Positions 33,828-43,491 of a DNA stretch of 64,000 nucleotides are shown here, in pieces. The DNA lies in the IMG/VR virus record IMGVR_UViG_3300028888_000044, positions 160,001 to 224,000 of that record. One strand, written 5' to 3'. Made by a program: the position numbers and the translations under genes. Source of the stretch: a virus (Duplodnaviria > Heunggongvirae > Uroviricota > Caudoviricetes). Under the pieces are notes generated by a model. It was given only the letters and a program-made list of their open reading frames with translations. It ran no database searches and had not been told where the DNA came from. Every line of letters begins with the position of its first letter. Position 1 is the first letter of the stretch.

Positions 33828-34194
33828 CTTTGATTTGGAGGAATTCTGCGGTGACGCAAACGTTAGCGAGGAATACATTGAAAATGTAAGATATTTCGTT
33901 GAGAACTTGTTACAGCCAATAAGGGACAGAATATCATTCCCGTTCAGAGTGGTTAACATTGATGACAACGGAAATGAAAAGAGGAACAATGAGATTGCAA
34001 GCGGACTTGCAGCAAACATAGACTTGGGTTCAAGGCAGTTGAACAATATCCTTTGGGAAGAGATTATGTTCGGCAAGTTCGAATTTGACCAAGTTATAAA
34101 CTTCAATGATTTCAGCTATATTTACATATCAATCAAGAAGGACAAGAAAGACAATGACAAGTCAATGTTCAAGGTTACATATAAGAGGGATTAA
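33811..34194 (+). CDS. Peptidase M15_3-like protein, apparently catalytically inactive
   Basis: ISNNFDLEEF...ENV...VENLLQPIRD....P.RV...G.AA.I...FDQVI...Y.YIS follows the M15_3 scaffold, but the Zn ligands are substituted. Confidence 0.65.
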   Translation: MKISNNFDLEEFCGDANVSEEYIENVRYFVENLLQPIRDRISFPFRVVNIDDNGNEKRNNEIASGLAANIDLGSRQLNNILWEEIMFGKFEFDQVINFNDFSYIYISIKKDKKDNDKSMFKVTYKRD

Positions 34195-34215
34195 AAAAAA
34201 ATGATGAGGTATTTG

Positions 34216-35679
34216 TTACCCCATCATTTTTTTTAATTTACGTTTGATTGATTCCCTTAGCTCTTGTTCTTCCCTAAATTGATTAGTCCTATGGTCTTGA
34301 ACATTTGCATATTCTGTATTTCCCTTGAATACAGAATTGAAATTAACTCCTAAAATTTTAGATAATTCAACTCTGTTGAATGCTTTATCTACACTATGAT
34401 TACCAGTATATGATGCTGAATGGTTCCATCTTGTATTGCAGGCAGAAATCTTGCCTTTTGGTGTTACCCAAACAAAAAGCATTGACAAACCATACATATC
34501 GTAAGGAGAATTGGGTTCATTTCCAAAGATTTCTGGAAATAAGCATTCTGTATGTTCTTGTGGTATATTTTCCCAACCATTCATAAGTATGACATACAAT
34601 TTGTTTACATCGTAATCTGGTTCACCGTTAATGTATTGAGTGTCAGCATACTGGCCCTCTTCCCAAGTAATTCTTTTATCACCATAGCACATTGCACAAG
34701 TATGTGGAAAATATACATTGTGCATTTTATTGTAATCAACATTGCTGTCTATAGTCCAATGCAAGTTACTTCTATTTTCATATGTGTCATTGGAAAGTTG
34801 GTTATTTTCACTTTCATCTTCGACATCCAATTCGTTTCCAATTATGCTATTCAAATACTTGTACATTGCAATAGAACCACTTTTTTCATCGGCACTTTCA
34901 GATAATTCCTTAAGTTTTGCTGTAATAGGTTGTATTACTTCACTAGCAGCATCACCCTTTGGTGTTTTTGCCCCTTGTTTGGTATAAAATTTAAGCCTAT
35001 CCAAATATTTCATCCAAATACGCGCTACCATATCTCTTAAACGAGCAATTATTTCAGCTACTGGATGTAAATTTTGATAATCACAATAAAAAGCTATTTG
35101 TGCAATATATGGTTCCATTGTTATTATGGCATGGTCTGGCATTGGGCGGTGAAAGAATTCCTCATCAAATACCTTGAACATATAATCTATTGCATTCAAA
35201 TTATCTGGGTTACTTACTTCATCAACAAATGGTCTGTCCAAGAAATATGTCATATACTTATTAGTAAAATGTTGCCTAATAACGTCATATGTTCTTTTTT
35301 TAGCCACATCTCGTTTTTTATCTTCAAATAACAAAGTACTGTTTAAGAAATTAGATATATTTTCACGGATAATCTTGCTTATATCATTTTCACCAAGAGA
35401 TACCTTGCTAGGACCTGGTATTCTCTCACCATTTTGAGCTATATAGTATTTCTTTGACTGTGCATCGTCAACCATTCCACCATAATATTCGTTATCTTGC
35501 TCTTGAGAAGGGTAATCATCTAAATCCATACTGTCTGTATAATCATTATAGTCTTGTTCCAAATAATCACTATACATATCGTCATCACTCATTGGATTTT
35601 GGAAATTGTCATCTGCCATCCAAGCATCTTCGTCTTGATGGTAAAATTCTCTTAATGATTTCTTCTTTCTTAATTTCAT
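34216..35679 (-). CDS. Divergent module-family protein: core domain only, no WG repeats; acidic N-terminus
   Basis: AMCYGD, LYVILMNGWE, PYDMYGLSMLFV, ACNTRWNH, VDKAF; leader-like KIIRENISNFL...LLFE. Confidence 0.8.
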   Translation of the reverse strand: MKLRKKKSLREFYHQDEDAWMADDNFQNPMSDDDMYSDYLEQDYNDYTDSMDLDDYPSQEQDNEYYGGMVDDAQSKKYYIAQNGERIPGPSKVSLGENDISKIIRENISNFLNSTLLFEDKKRDVAKKRTYDVIRQHFTNKYMTYFLDRPFVDEVSNPDNLNAIDYMFKVFDEEFFHRPMPDHAIITMEPYIAQIAFYCDYQNLHPVAEIIARLRDMVARIWMKYLDRLKFYTKQGAKTPKGDAASEVIQPITAKLKELSESADEKSGSIAMYKYLNSIIGNELDVEDESENNQLSNDTYENRSNLHWTIDSNVDYNKMHNVYFPHTCAMCYGDKRITWEEGQYADTQYINGEPDYDVNKLYVILMNGWENIPQEHTECLFPEIFGNEPNSPYDMYGLSMLFVWVTPKGKISACNTRWNHSASYTGNHSVDKAFNRVELSKILGVNFNSVFKGNTEYANVQDHRTNQFREEQELRESIKRKLKKMMG

Positions 35680-35834
35680 AACTTAAATGGGTTAATATAG
35701 TCTTTTATTTCGTAAAAATAATTATATGCGCCATACCAATAGTTGGTCTCATTTTCAATGTCACTTGGTTTGTATGTTTCATATATATGACGAAGAAGCA
35801 ATTCCTCGTCTGTCAATTTCTTACTGTTAACCAT
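35676..35834 (-). CDS. Small protein, 52 aa (absent from the ORF track)
   Basis: MVNSKKLTDEELLLRHIYETYKPSDIENETNYWYGAYNYFYEIKDYINPFKL*; its stop overlaps the next ATG (ATGA); ATATTTAT lies 16 nt upstream on the same strand (35851-35858). Confidence 0.6.
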   Translation of the reverse strand: MVNSKKLTDEELLLRHIYETYKPSDIENETNYWYGAYNYFYEIKDYINPFKL

Positions 35835-35905
35835 AAAATAATATTTTAATATAAATATTTTGTTTTAATTAAAAAAATATATATATTATAGTAAAAATCA
35901 TAATT

Positions 35906-36940
35906 ATGAACATTTTAGTAACTGGAGCAATGGGGCAATTGGGTACTTGCATAATGAAGTCAAGAGAAGCCAAAAAGGGAATATATTTTTATACAGACAT
36001 TAACGGTAAACCAAAGGAGAACGGCATCGAAAAATTGGATATAACAAACAAAGACCAAGTTGATGCATTCATTGAAAACCATAATATAGACGTTGTAATA
36101 AACTGTGCCGCATATACAAATGTTGAAGGGGCAGAATCACACGAGGTGGCAGCGCATTTACTTAATGCAGAAGCCCCAAGAATTCTTGCTGAAGCAATCA
36201 AGAAGAGAAACGGATGGTTGATACAAATATCTACAGACTATGTGTTTGGTGAGGAACAATATGATACACCTTGTACAGAAGAAATGAAAGGAACACCCTT
36301 GGGGGTTTATGGCATTACCAAGAAGAGAGGTGAACAGTTGATAATTGAAAGCGGTTGTAAATACTTGATTATAAGAACATCGTGGCTTTACTGTGAATAT
36401 GGTCATAACTTCTGCAAGACAATACTTGACAAGTTGGCTACTTCTGATGCACCTTTGAAGGTTGTAAATGACCAGAGAGGTACACCAACATATGCAAGGT
36501 CTTTGGCAAATGCAATTCTGAAGATAGTCAACAGATACTTGCCAAACGAAGACAGCGAAAAATATGTCGGTATCTACAACTATTCAAACGAAGGAGAATG
36601 TACTTGGTATGAATTTGCTTGCGCTATAAGGGCAAAGAAAAGTGAGACAGAAAGCAATCTTGCTGAAATTCTTCCTTGCTCTTCAAGTGAATATCAAAGC
36701 AAGGTCAAGAGACCGTCATATTCAGTATTGAGCAAGAAAAAGATAAAGGACACGTTTGACTTGCATATTCAGAATTGGGTATTGGATTTGGACTTGTGCA
36801 TTGACTTGATGGATGTACATTCTATTATGGAAACACTACATACAATATTTACAAAGAAGGAACAAGAGGAATTTGATAAAAATTCAATTGGAAGCGGAAA
36901 GCAATCAAATAGGCTTGATGAACCAATATATTTGAAATGA
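35906..36940 (+). CDS. rmlD: dTDP-4-dehydrorhamnose reductase
   Basis: ILVTGAMGQLG, INCAAYTNV, ISTDYVF, YGITK (YxxxK), VVNDQRGTPT, KRPSYSVL. Confidence 0.93.
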   Translation: MNILVTGAMGQLGTCIMKSREAKKGIYFYTDINGKPKENGIEKLDITNKDQVDAFIENHNIDVVINCAAYTNVEGAESHEVAAHLLNAEAPRILAEAIKKRNGWLIQISTDYVFGEEQYDTPCTEEMKGTPLGVYGITKKRGEQLIIESGCKYLIIRTSWLYCEYGHNFCKTILDKLATSDAPLKVVNDQRGTPTYARSLANAILKIVNRYLPNEDSEKYVGIYNYSNEGECTWYEFACAIRAKKSETESNLAEILPCSSSEYQSKVKRPSYSVLSKKKIKDTFDLHIQNWVLDLDLCIDLMDVHSIMETLHTIFTKKEQEEFDKNSIGSGKQSNRLDEPIYLK

Positions 36941-36941
36941 T

Positions 36942-37943
36942 ATGACTTATTTTCTACAAACATTACAAGGTATATTGTCTTCTTTTTTAGGTGAACCCAA
37001 AAGAGATATTAACGAAAGCGGACAGTTGCAGTTCGGATGTCCAAAGTGTGCTGAAAATTTCGGCAACAGTGAACTTGACAAATACAATCTTGAGGTAAAC
37101 GTAAGAAACGGAAAATTCAATTGCTGGAAATGTAGTTCAGTACACGATGAAATGCATGGGTCTGTATACAAGCTGATTAGAATGTACGGAAACGAGACGA
37201 TTCTAAAGCAGTATAAGGACGCAATACGAGACTTCAAGAAAAGTAAACTATATGAACTTAATTTTGTCACTGATGATTTTGCTGATGAAAATCAGTTTGA
37301 AGAAGAAGGTGTAAGGCTTCCAAGAACGTATCACAAGCTGACTGAAACAGATACAAAACCAATTGAATACTTAAAAAGCAGAGGTATTGATTGGGACATT
37401 ATCGAAGAATATGACATAGGAGTAACCGCATACGAAGACAAGGATAAGATTTGTTCGAACAGAATCATTTTACCGTCAAGAAGTATATTAGGTACTATTG
37501 ATTATTGGACTGGTAGGGATTATACAAAGAAAAGCAAACAGAAGTACTATAACCCAAAGGTTGAACGTAAGGATATAATATTCAATGAGTACAAACTTCA
37601 AATGGATGCTGATATTACACTCGTTGAAGGACCTTTCGACCATATTGTTGTACCAAATTCAGTTCCTTTGTTAGGTAAACAACTTAAAACAGATTTTGCC
37701 ATTTATAACAAACTTATGTCTTATGCAAACGCAAATGTAAACATATTCCTTGACGGTGATGCATTTGAGGATGCCAAGAAGATATATGCATTATTGAATC
37801 AAGGAAGGCTACAAGGAAAGGTAAGATATATTCCAGTTAATGAGGAATTTGACCCATCAGAAATATATAGAGTATATGGCAAAAAAGGAATTATAACTTG
37901 TTTGAAAAATGCAACAACTATAAGCAATGTATATTTGACATAA
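36942..37943 (+). CDS. DNA primase (Zn finger + TOPRIM)
   Basis: CPKC...CWKC, YLKSRGI, RIILP, GR, KY.NP, VEGPFD, LLGK, LDGDA, DP. Confidence 0.9.
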   Translation: MTYFLQTLQGILSSFLGEPKRDINESGQLQFGCPKCAENFGNSELDKYNLEVNVRNGKFNCWKCSSVHDEMHGSVYKLIRMYGNETILKQYKDAIRDFKKSKLYELNFVTDDFADENQFEEEGVRLPRTYHKLTETDTKPIEYLKSRGIDWDIIEEYDIGVTAYEDKDKICSNRIILPSRSILGTIDYWTGRDYTKKSKQKYYNPKVERKDIIFNEYKLQMDADITLVEGPFDHIVVPNSVPLLGKQLKTDFAIYNKLMSYANANVNIFLDGDAFEDAKKIYALLNQGRLQGKVRYIPVNEEFDPSEIYRVYGKKGIITCLKNATTISNVYLT

Positions 37944-37982
37944 AAAAAAAGAACACTATCCAATTAGTGTTCTTTTTTTTTT
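37942..37982. terminator. Bidirectional intrinsic terminator
   Basis: A9-GAACACTA-loop-TAGTGTTC-T run between convergent primase and resolvase genes. Confidence 0.85.
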
Positions 37983-38733
37983 ATAAGTTGATTTCCCTAT
38001 GGTCGCATCTATCCCAATATTCAATGTCAAAGCTTACCTTGTTATCTTCAACGACAATATTGGTTGTCTTCATATCAAGTTCACCGTGCCTTTGCTTGTT
38101 AAGAAAACCATAACAAGCTATATATGCGTCAGATGCATCGAAATTTTCCTTTTTAAGTTCACCTTGCTTGTTGTAAATCCAAGGTATTTCTGGAAAAATT
38201 TCAGCAACATTCTGTTGAAGTACACTTTTCTTGTCTGTATCCCAAGGATATTCACCAAATAGCACAAGATTACCCTTTTTTATACTACTTATTACCTTTT
38301 CCTTTGCATATTTGCTTCCGTTCTTTCCAAAACGTCTGATAGCCATCAAGCTTGGGAATGAATATTTTCTAGCCTCATAGCTTGAAATATAGTCTGGTAC
38401 AATTCCTAAAACCTTGTACACAGATTCAGAAATCATTCCATTGAATCGCAACAATGTGCTTACGGTAATTGAATTTGTTGAACTTATAAGTGGTTCTTCG
38501 ATAACAACTTGACTAATATTTACATCTTTCAGTTTCAATAAAAAATCATTTGTAAATATTTCATCTTTCAAGAACAATGATTTTATACTTTTTTCCTTTT
38601 TTGGTATTTTGGGAACAATATGAGTTAACTCTATTATCTTACCATATTCTGAACCGTCATCCATAAGGAGGCAGCATCCTATGCACTGTGTAGAAACGTC
38701 TAAGCCTAGTATAATATTATTACTATTTTCCAT
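37981..38733 (-). CDS. RuvC-like Holliday junction resolvase
   Basis: ILGLDVST..IG, VVIEEP, L.RFNG and FDASDAY give the RNase H-fold acidic residues. Confidence 0.8.
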   Translation of the reverse strand: MENSNNIILGLDVSTQCIGCCLLMDDGSEYGKIIELTHIVPKIPKKEKSIKSLFLKDEIFTNDFLLKLKDVNISQVVIEEPLISSTNSITVSTLLRFNGMISESVYKVLGIVPDYISSYEARKYSFPSLMAIRRFGKNGSKYAKEKVISSIKKGNLVLFGEYPWDTDKKSVLQQNVAEIFPEIPWIYNKQGELKKENFDASDAYIACYGFLNKQRHGELDMKTTNIVVEDNKVSFDIEYWDRCDHREINL

Positions 38734-38851
38734 ATTTTTATTATATTATAATATTTTATATAATAAAATATAATATTATTAAAATAAAAAGTAAATATTT
38801 TTTTTTATTTAAAAAAAATAAATTATATAATTATTAAAAAATGTTAATTTA

Positions 38852-39145
38852 ATGAATTTTTCAATAAATGACAAATTGTACAATAACATATTGGAATATT
38901 GCAAACTGAATCACATAGAGGACATTGAATCTGAAATTAACAGGTTAATTGAGATAGGCTTCAATGTAGATAAATATGGGAACAAACCTTTTGTTAAGTT
39001 CCAATCAGAGAATACTATGAAAGATGAGGCAAAAAACAATATCGAGGAAACCAAATCAGAAACAATTGATGAAAGTTCTATACAGAGTGAGGAAGAGAAA
39101 CAGCCAAAGAATAGGAAAAGAACAGTTCGTATCATTAAAAATTAA
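38852..39145 (+). CDS. Hypothetical protein, 97 aa
   Basis: ORF after an AT-rich divergent intergenic region; YC..N.I...GF...KYG pattern. Confidence 0.65.
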   Translation: MNFSINDKLYNNILEYCKLNHIEDIESEINRLIEIGFNVDKYGNKPFVKFQSENTMKDEAKNNIEETKSETIDESSIQSEEEKQPKNRKRTVRIIKN

Positions 39146-39154
39146 ATTCAAGGG

Positions 39155-41524
39155 ATGACAGATATAGGTAAAAAAGCAAAAGTTCAAATCACATGGAAAG
39201 TAAGTCCATATGAATATACTCAAGATGCGGTTCTTGATATAATAGGTAAATTCAGTAAGAAATATGGAATACCTAAAGATTCGATAAGGGTTACTCCAAT
39301 ATTCACCATATTGGATGGTGTTGACACAATTGAATGTGCAAGTGGTATTATTGAAAATATTCAAAATCCTGAATTTCAGCAAGGTTTATTCAAGGAATAC
39401 ATATCTAACAATAATATTGAAGGTATTAACTTCAACGACATACAATCAATTGACAATGATATAAATTATATGGTTGGTGTTGATAACAATACGAAGATGC
39501 AGAGATATGAAATCAAGTGGATAAAGTGGAGCAATTTCTTGTCTTATGGTAAAGACAACTATTTTGATTTCAGAAACTTGAATGGTCTTGTGTTGTTAAA
39601 TGGAGACCCTTCAAATCAGAGTGGCAAAACAACATTCGCTATTGATTTGATACGTTTCTTGCTGTTCGGTAATACCAAAAAGGCTACAAAGCAAGAAAAG
39701 ATTTTCAATATTTGGCTCAAAGAGGAAACAACAGTCAGTGTTGAAGGTTGTATTTGCATCAACGGTTGTGATTATATAATAAAGAGAACGTTGACAAGAC
39801 CGCAGTACAAGAAGAGGACATCAAAAAGCAAGACAACACAGAAGGTTGAATACTACAAGATTGTTGGTGGAACAGAAGAGGAACTTGAAGATTATGTTGA
39901 TGAGCTTCAAGAGGAAAACACAGCAAAGACTAACAAGGTTATAAAGGATGCCATCGGAAATGAAAGTGACTTTGAATTGACAATATGTGCCACAAGCGAG
40001 AACATTGATGACTTGATTGAGAAGAAAGATACAGAAAGAGGAAGAATTCTTTCAAGATGGATTGGGCTTGTCCCTATTGAAAGGAAGGAAGAAATAGCAA
40101 AGGAGAAATTCAACAAGGACATAAATCCAAGTCTTCTTATCAACAAGTTCAATGAAGAGGAATTGAAGTCAAGAATACAAGAATGTAACGAGAAGATTGG
40201 TGTATATTCAGCAGAAATAGAAAAACTGACATCTGAAAAGAATTCTCTTGATACGCTAATCAAAAAGACTTGTGAAACAAGGGATGCTCTTGTTGCGGCA
40301 AGAAAGGATATAAGCGATGCAGCAGAAAACATTGACATTACTTCTCTTGAAAGGTCTATCGAGACCATAACCCAAAGAGGTACTTCGTTGAGAGCAAAGA
40401 TTGCAGAAATAGGTAAACAGATTGAAGAAATTAACATAGGAACTTTTTCAGAGGATGAATATGAACGGCTTGTAAATGAGAAGCTTGAAAAATCAAGTAG
40501 TCTTTCTGTTTCAAGGAACGATTACAAGCATCTTTTGCAGAACAAGGAGGATTTAAAGAGGGGTGAGTATTGCCCTACTTGTGGAAGAAAACTTGACAAT
40601 ATAGACAATTCAGCCAGAATTGCTGAAATAGAAGAACGTATTGGCAATACAATGGCAATAGGCACTCAATTATCAAAGGAGGTTGCGGAACTTGATAAGA
40701 AGATTGATTCAATGAAACAGTCGAGAGAAAACTTCAACTTGAAATCAAAGCTTAAGATTGACAAGTCTGCATATGAGGTACAGATTGAGCAGTTGAGGAA
40801 CGAACTTAGAGACAAGTTGCAGTTGAGGAAGGAGTATATCAGCAACAAGGAGGCAATAGAAACAAATATGCAGTTGCAGCTCAAGATTAGGAATATTGAA
40901 ATCGAGCTTATAAACTATAGGAACACAAAGGAAAAGAACACTATTTGCATTTCACAAATGGAAACTGATATAAAGAACCTTAAGAGTACAATTGAAGAAA
41001 TAAACTCAATTATTGACAAGATGAAGGAGGAACGTCAAATTGTAAAGAATTGGAAGCTGTATCTTGATATGATTGGCAAGAATGGTATTACAAAGATGGT
41101 TCTTCGTAGGGCTTTACCAATCATTAATGCCCAGTTGGTACATTTACTTTCAGATGTTTGTGACTTCGATGTAGATATAAGCATAACTGATAAAAACGAG
41201 GTTAATTTTAATATTCTTAAGGAGAATACGGTTTCTGACATAAGCTGTGCAAGTGGTTTTGAAAAGACAGCAGCAGCGCTTGCATTAAGATTCGTATTGG
41301 CAAAGAACAGTGTCCTTCCAAAGCCAAATTACATTGTCCTTGATGAAGTGCTGTCAAGGGTTGCAAATGACAATCTTGACAACATAAGCTTGATTTTGGA
41401 TAGGATAAAGGATGAATATTCATTCATCTTGATAGTTACACATAATGAATATTTCAAGGAAAAGGCAAATTCCATCATAACTGTTACCAAGAAGGACAAC
41501 ATTTCTATGTTGAAGATTCAGTGA
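39155..41524 (+). CDS. Rad50/SbcC (gp46-like) ATPase with ~110-aa N-terminal extension
   Basis: WSNFLSYG, Walker A NQSGKTT, coiled coil with CPTC zinc hook, signature ASGFEK, Walker B IVLDE, VTH. Confidence 0.92.
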   Translation: MTDIGKKAKVQITWKVSPYEYTQDAVLDIIGKFSKKYGIPKDSIRVTPIFTILDGVDTIECASGIIENIQNPEFQQGLFKEYISNNNIEGINFNDIQSIDNDINYMVGVDNNTKMQRYEIKWIKWSNFLSYGKDNYFDFRNLNGLVLLNGDPSNQSGKTTFAIDLIRFLLFGNTKKATKQEKIFNIWLKEETTVSVEGCICINGCDYIIKRTLTRPQYKKRTSKSKTTQKVEYYKIVGGTEEELEDYVDELQEENTAKTNKVIKDAIGNESDFELTICATSENIDDLIEKKDTERGRILSRWIGLVPIERKEEIAKEKFNKDINPSLLINKFNEEELKSRIQECNEKIGVYSAEIEKLTSEKNSLDTLIKKTCETRDALVAARKDISDAAENIDITSLERSIETITQRGTSLRAKIAEIGKQIEEINIGTFSEDEYERLVNEKLEKSSSLSVSRNDYKHLLQNKEDLKRGEYCPTCGRKLDNIDNSARIAEIEERIGNTMAIGTQLSKEVAELDKKIDSMKQSRENFNLKSKLKIDKSAYEVQIEQLRNELRDKLQLRKEYISNKEAIETNMQLQLKIRNIEIELINYRNTKEKNTICISQMETDIKNLKSTIEEINSIIDKMKEERQIVKNWKLYLDMIGKNGITKMVLRRALPIINAQLVHLLSDVCDFDVDISITDKNEVNFNILKENTVSDISCASGFEKTAAALALRFVLAKNSVLPKPNYIVLDEVLSRVANDNLDNISLILDRIKDEYSFILIVTHNEYFKEKANSIITVTKKDNISMLKIQ

Positions 41525-41557
41525 TAATTAATAAGATTGTTTAACTTTTAAAATATA

Positions 41558-42265
41558 ATGGCAAATGGATATATTAATGATTTTACACCAACAGTAAAAA
41601 CATATTATAAGGAGCTTACCAAATGCAAACCAATTTCAAAGGACGAGGAAAGTAATCTTATGGTTAGGGCAAAGAACAACGACCTTAATGCAAAGAACAA
41701 GATACTTTCTTCGAACCTTAGGTTTGTGTTTGATGTGGCAAAGAGATACAAGGGATATGGTGTTCCAATGGATGATTTGATTTCGGAAGGAAACCTTGGT
41801 CTGATACACGCTTTTGACAAGTTTGATGAGAAAAAGGGATATAAATTCATTTCGTATGCTGTGTGGTGGATTAATTTTTACATCAAGAATTTCATAGAGA
41901 AGAGAAAGAACATTGAATTACACGAAGTTTCAAGTGATGATTTATTACCTACGAATCCAAGTAATATTACCCCACAAGAACAAGAAGATACAGATGATAA
42001 CACGTTTGGTATTGACATTACGAATGAGGAAGATATTGAAGAGACAGAGGCTGCTGATGAACAGAGGGAGATTGTTGAACGTCTTCTTGGAAAGCTTGAT
42101 ATTAGAGAGAGACAGATATTACAATACTGTTTTGGCATAGGTAATAAGAAACCACTGACTTTGAAGGAATGCGGATGCTTGTTGGGAATATCTCAAGAGA
42201 GGGTGAGGCAAGTTAAAGAAAAATCATTGCTTAAATTGAAGTCAGAGGCATTGCTTTTGAGTTGA
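41558..42265 (+). CDS. Phage-encoded sigma70-family RNA polymerase sigma factor
   Basis: SNLRFV..VAKRY, DDLISEGNLGLI.A..KFD..KG.KFISYAVWWI (region 2) and LTLKECG..LGISQERVRQ (region 4 HTH). Confidence 0.93.
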   Translation: MANGYINDFTPTVKTYYKELTKCKPISKDEESNLMVRAKNNDLNAKNKILSSNLRFVFDVAKRYKGYGVPMDDLISEGNLGLIHAFDKFDEKKGYKFISYAVWWINFYIKNFIEKRKNIELHEVSSDDLLPTNPSNITPQEQEDTDDNTFGIDITNEEDIEETEAADEQREIVERLLGKLDIRERQILQYCFGIGNKKPLTLKECGCLLGISQERVRQVKEKSLLKLKSEALLLS

Positions 42266-42269
42266 TAAT

Positions 42270-42277
42270 ATATTTAT
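42270..42277 (+). promoter_or_regulatory. ATATTTAT motif, putative late promoter
   Basis: Lies 16 nt before ATG 42294. Confidence 0.5.
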
Positions 42278-42293
42278 TATTAAAATAGTTAAT

Positions 42294-42701
42294 ATGGCAA
42301 AGAAGAAAAATATAAACGTAGAAGAAGAATCTACAGTAAAACAAGTTAAAGGTTCTAAATCAAAGAAGAGTTCAACAAAACAAATTGAAGAGGCACAACA
42401 AATTGTAGAGACCGCAATTATCGACCCTCTTATTACAATTGCAGATGTAGATGAAGCCGAATCTGTAACTGTAACAGAAACAACATTGGTTGCAGACGAA
42501 ACACCACTCAAGATAATTGATGAATACGTTGAACCATTTGTTGAAGAACCTAAAAAGGAAGTTGAAATCCACAAGGAGGTTGTTAAGACTGAACCTAAAA
42601 AAGTTAAAGTTGCTGTAAAAAATAAACCTAAAAATAGAAAGATAAACAGTGTGTTTGGTGATTTTACATATAATTGGAATGGTCAAAGCATAGAGTATTA
42701 A
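42294..42701 (+). CDS. Hypothetical K/E-rich protein
   Basis: Low-complexity ORF with an ordered-looking C-terminus FTYNWNGQSIEY. Confidence 0.65.
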   Translation: MAKKKNINVEEESTVKQVKGSKSKKSSTKQIEEAQQIVETAIIDPLITIADVDEAESVTVTETTLVADETPLKIIDEYVEPFVEEPKKEVEIHKEVVKTEPKKVKVAVKNKPKNRKINSVFGDFTYNWNGQSIEY

Positions 42702-42704
42702 ATT

Positions 42705-43265
42705 ATGAAGAAGGATTATACAAGAAAGATGCTTGAGACAATAAGGGAAAGTGTCTCTAGTGTACAGAAAGAAAGAAAGAAACCAGATGTACCTATCCTT
42801 GAAGAGGATAAGGAAATGTCAATGGTTGAAGCAGCAGACTACCTTATGAGCAGACAAGAGAAGGGGTTTCTGTTGGAAGAGGAAGACAACGATAGCTCAA
42901 AGGAAGAATTCGTGATAACAAATAAGACACCGCAGTTCGGTGATGTGTTTACATCTCAAGAGGACACACTAAAGAAGACAATCGGTGAAGGAATAGAGCT
43001 AGGTGAAAAGGCATTAGTGTTCTATCCAAAGGACAAGGACTTGGTTTTGAGCGGCAAGATAAATTCAATGAGCATTGCATTCCAATTCAGATATGCTGAC
43101 CCATCTGGTGATGGTGTATACATATGGGCAAATGGTTTGCAATTGACAGAATCAAATTCAAGGACAATAGGTAAGATACGTGATGCGTTCACAAATTGGA
43201 AACAAGGGTTGGTGCAGAACGGTGATTTGATGGATAAATTATATAAAGTAGCGACTAAAAAATAA
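42705..43265 (+). CDS. Hypothetical protein with LxE-type leader
   Basis: TRKMLETIRES...ILEE...FLLEE leader followed by a globular domain. Confidence 0.7.
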   Translation: MKKDYTRKMLETIRESVSSVQKERKKPDVPILEEDKEMSMVEAADYLMSRQEKGFLLEEEDNDSSKEEFVITNKTPQFGDVFTSQEDTLKKTIGEGIELGEKALVFYPKDKDLVLSGKINSMSIAFQFRYADPSGDGVYIWANGLQLTESNSRTIGKIRDAFTNWKQGLVQNGDLMDKLYKVATKK

Positions 43266-43270
43266 CTAAT

Positions 43271-43426
43271 ATGGGTATTCAAAGATTTACCAACAAGAAG
43301 AAGACTGTTTCATTACCTAACAGTAGGCTTAATACATTAATGCGAAAGAATGCACTTATTGAAAAAATGGAAGCAAGAATCCAACAAGACAAACACAACA
43401 AAAATAAGTCTTGCATATGGAAGTAA
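43271..43426 (+). CDS. Small basic protein, 51 aa (absent from the ORF track)
   Basis: MGIQRFTNKKKTVSLPNSRLNTLMRKNALIEKMEARIQQDKHNKNKSCIWK*; fills the gap 5 nt after the previous stop. Confidence 0.5.
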   Translation: MGIQRFTNKKKTVSLPNSRLNTLMRKNALIEKMEARIQQDKHNKNKSCIWK

Positions 43427-43491
43427 AATTATAACCTAAAACAAGTTTCAATTATATTTATTTTATATAATTGAAACTTATTTTTTTGTAT

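Noticed and set aside
33473-33859. Minus-strand 128-aa ORF over the holin-like gene
   Set aside because: Antisense shadow; the plus-strand ORF has coherent TM topology and is coupled to the next gene.
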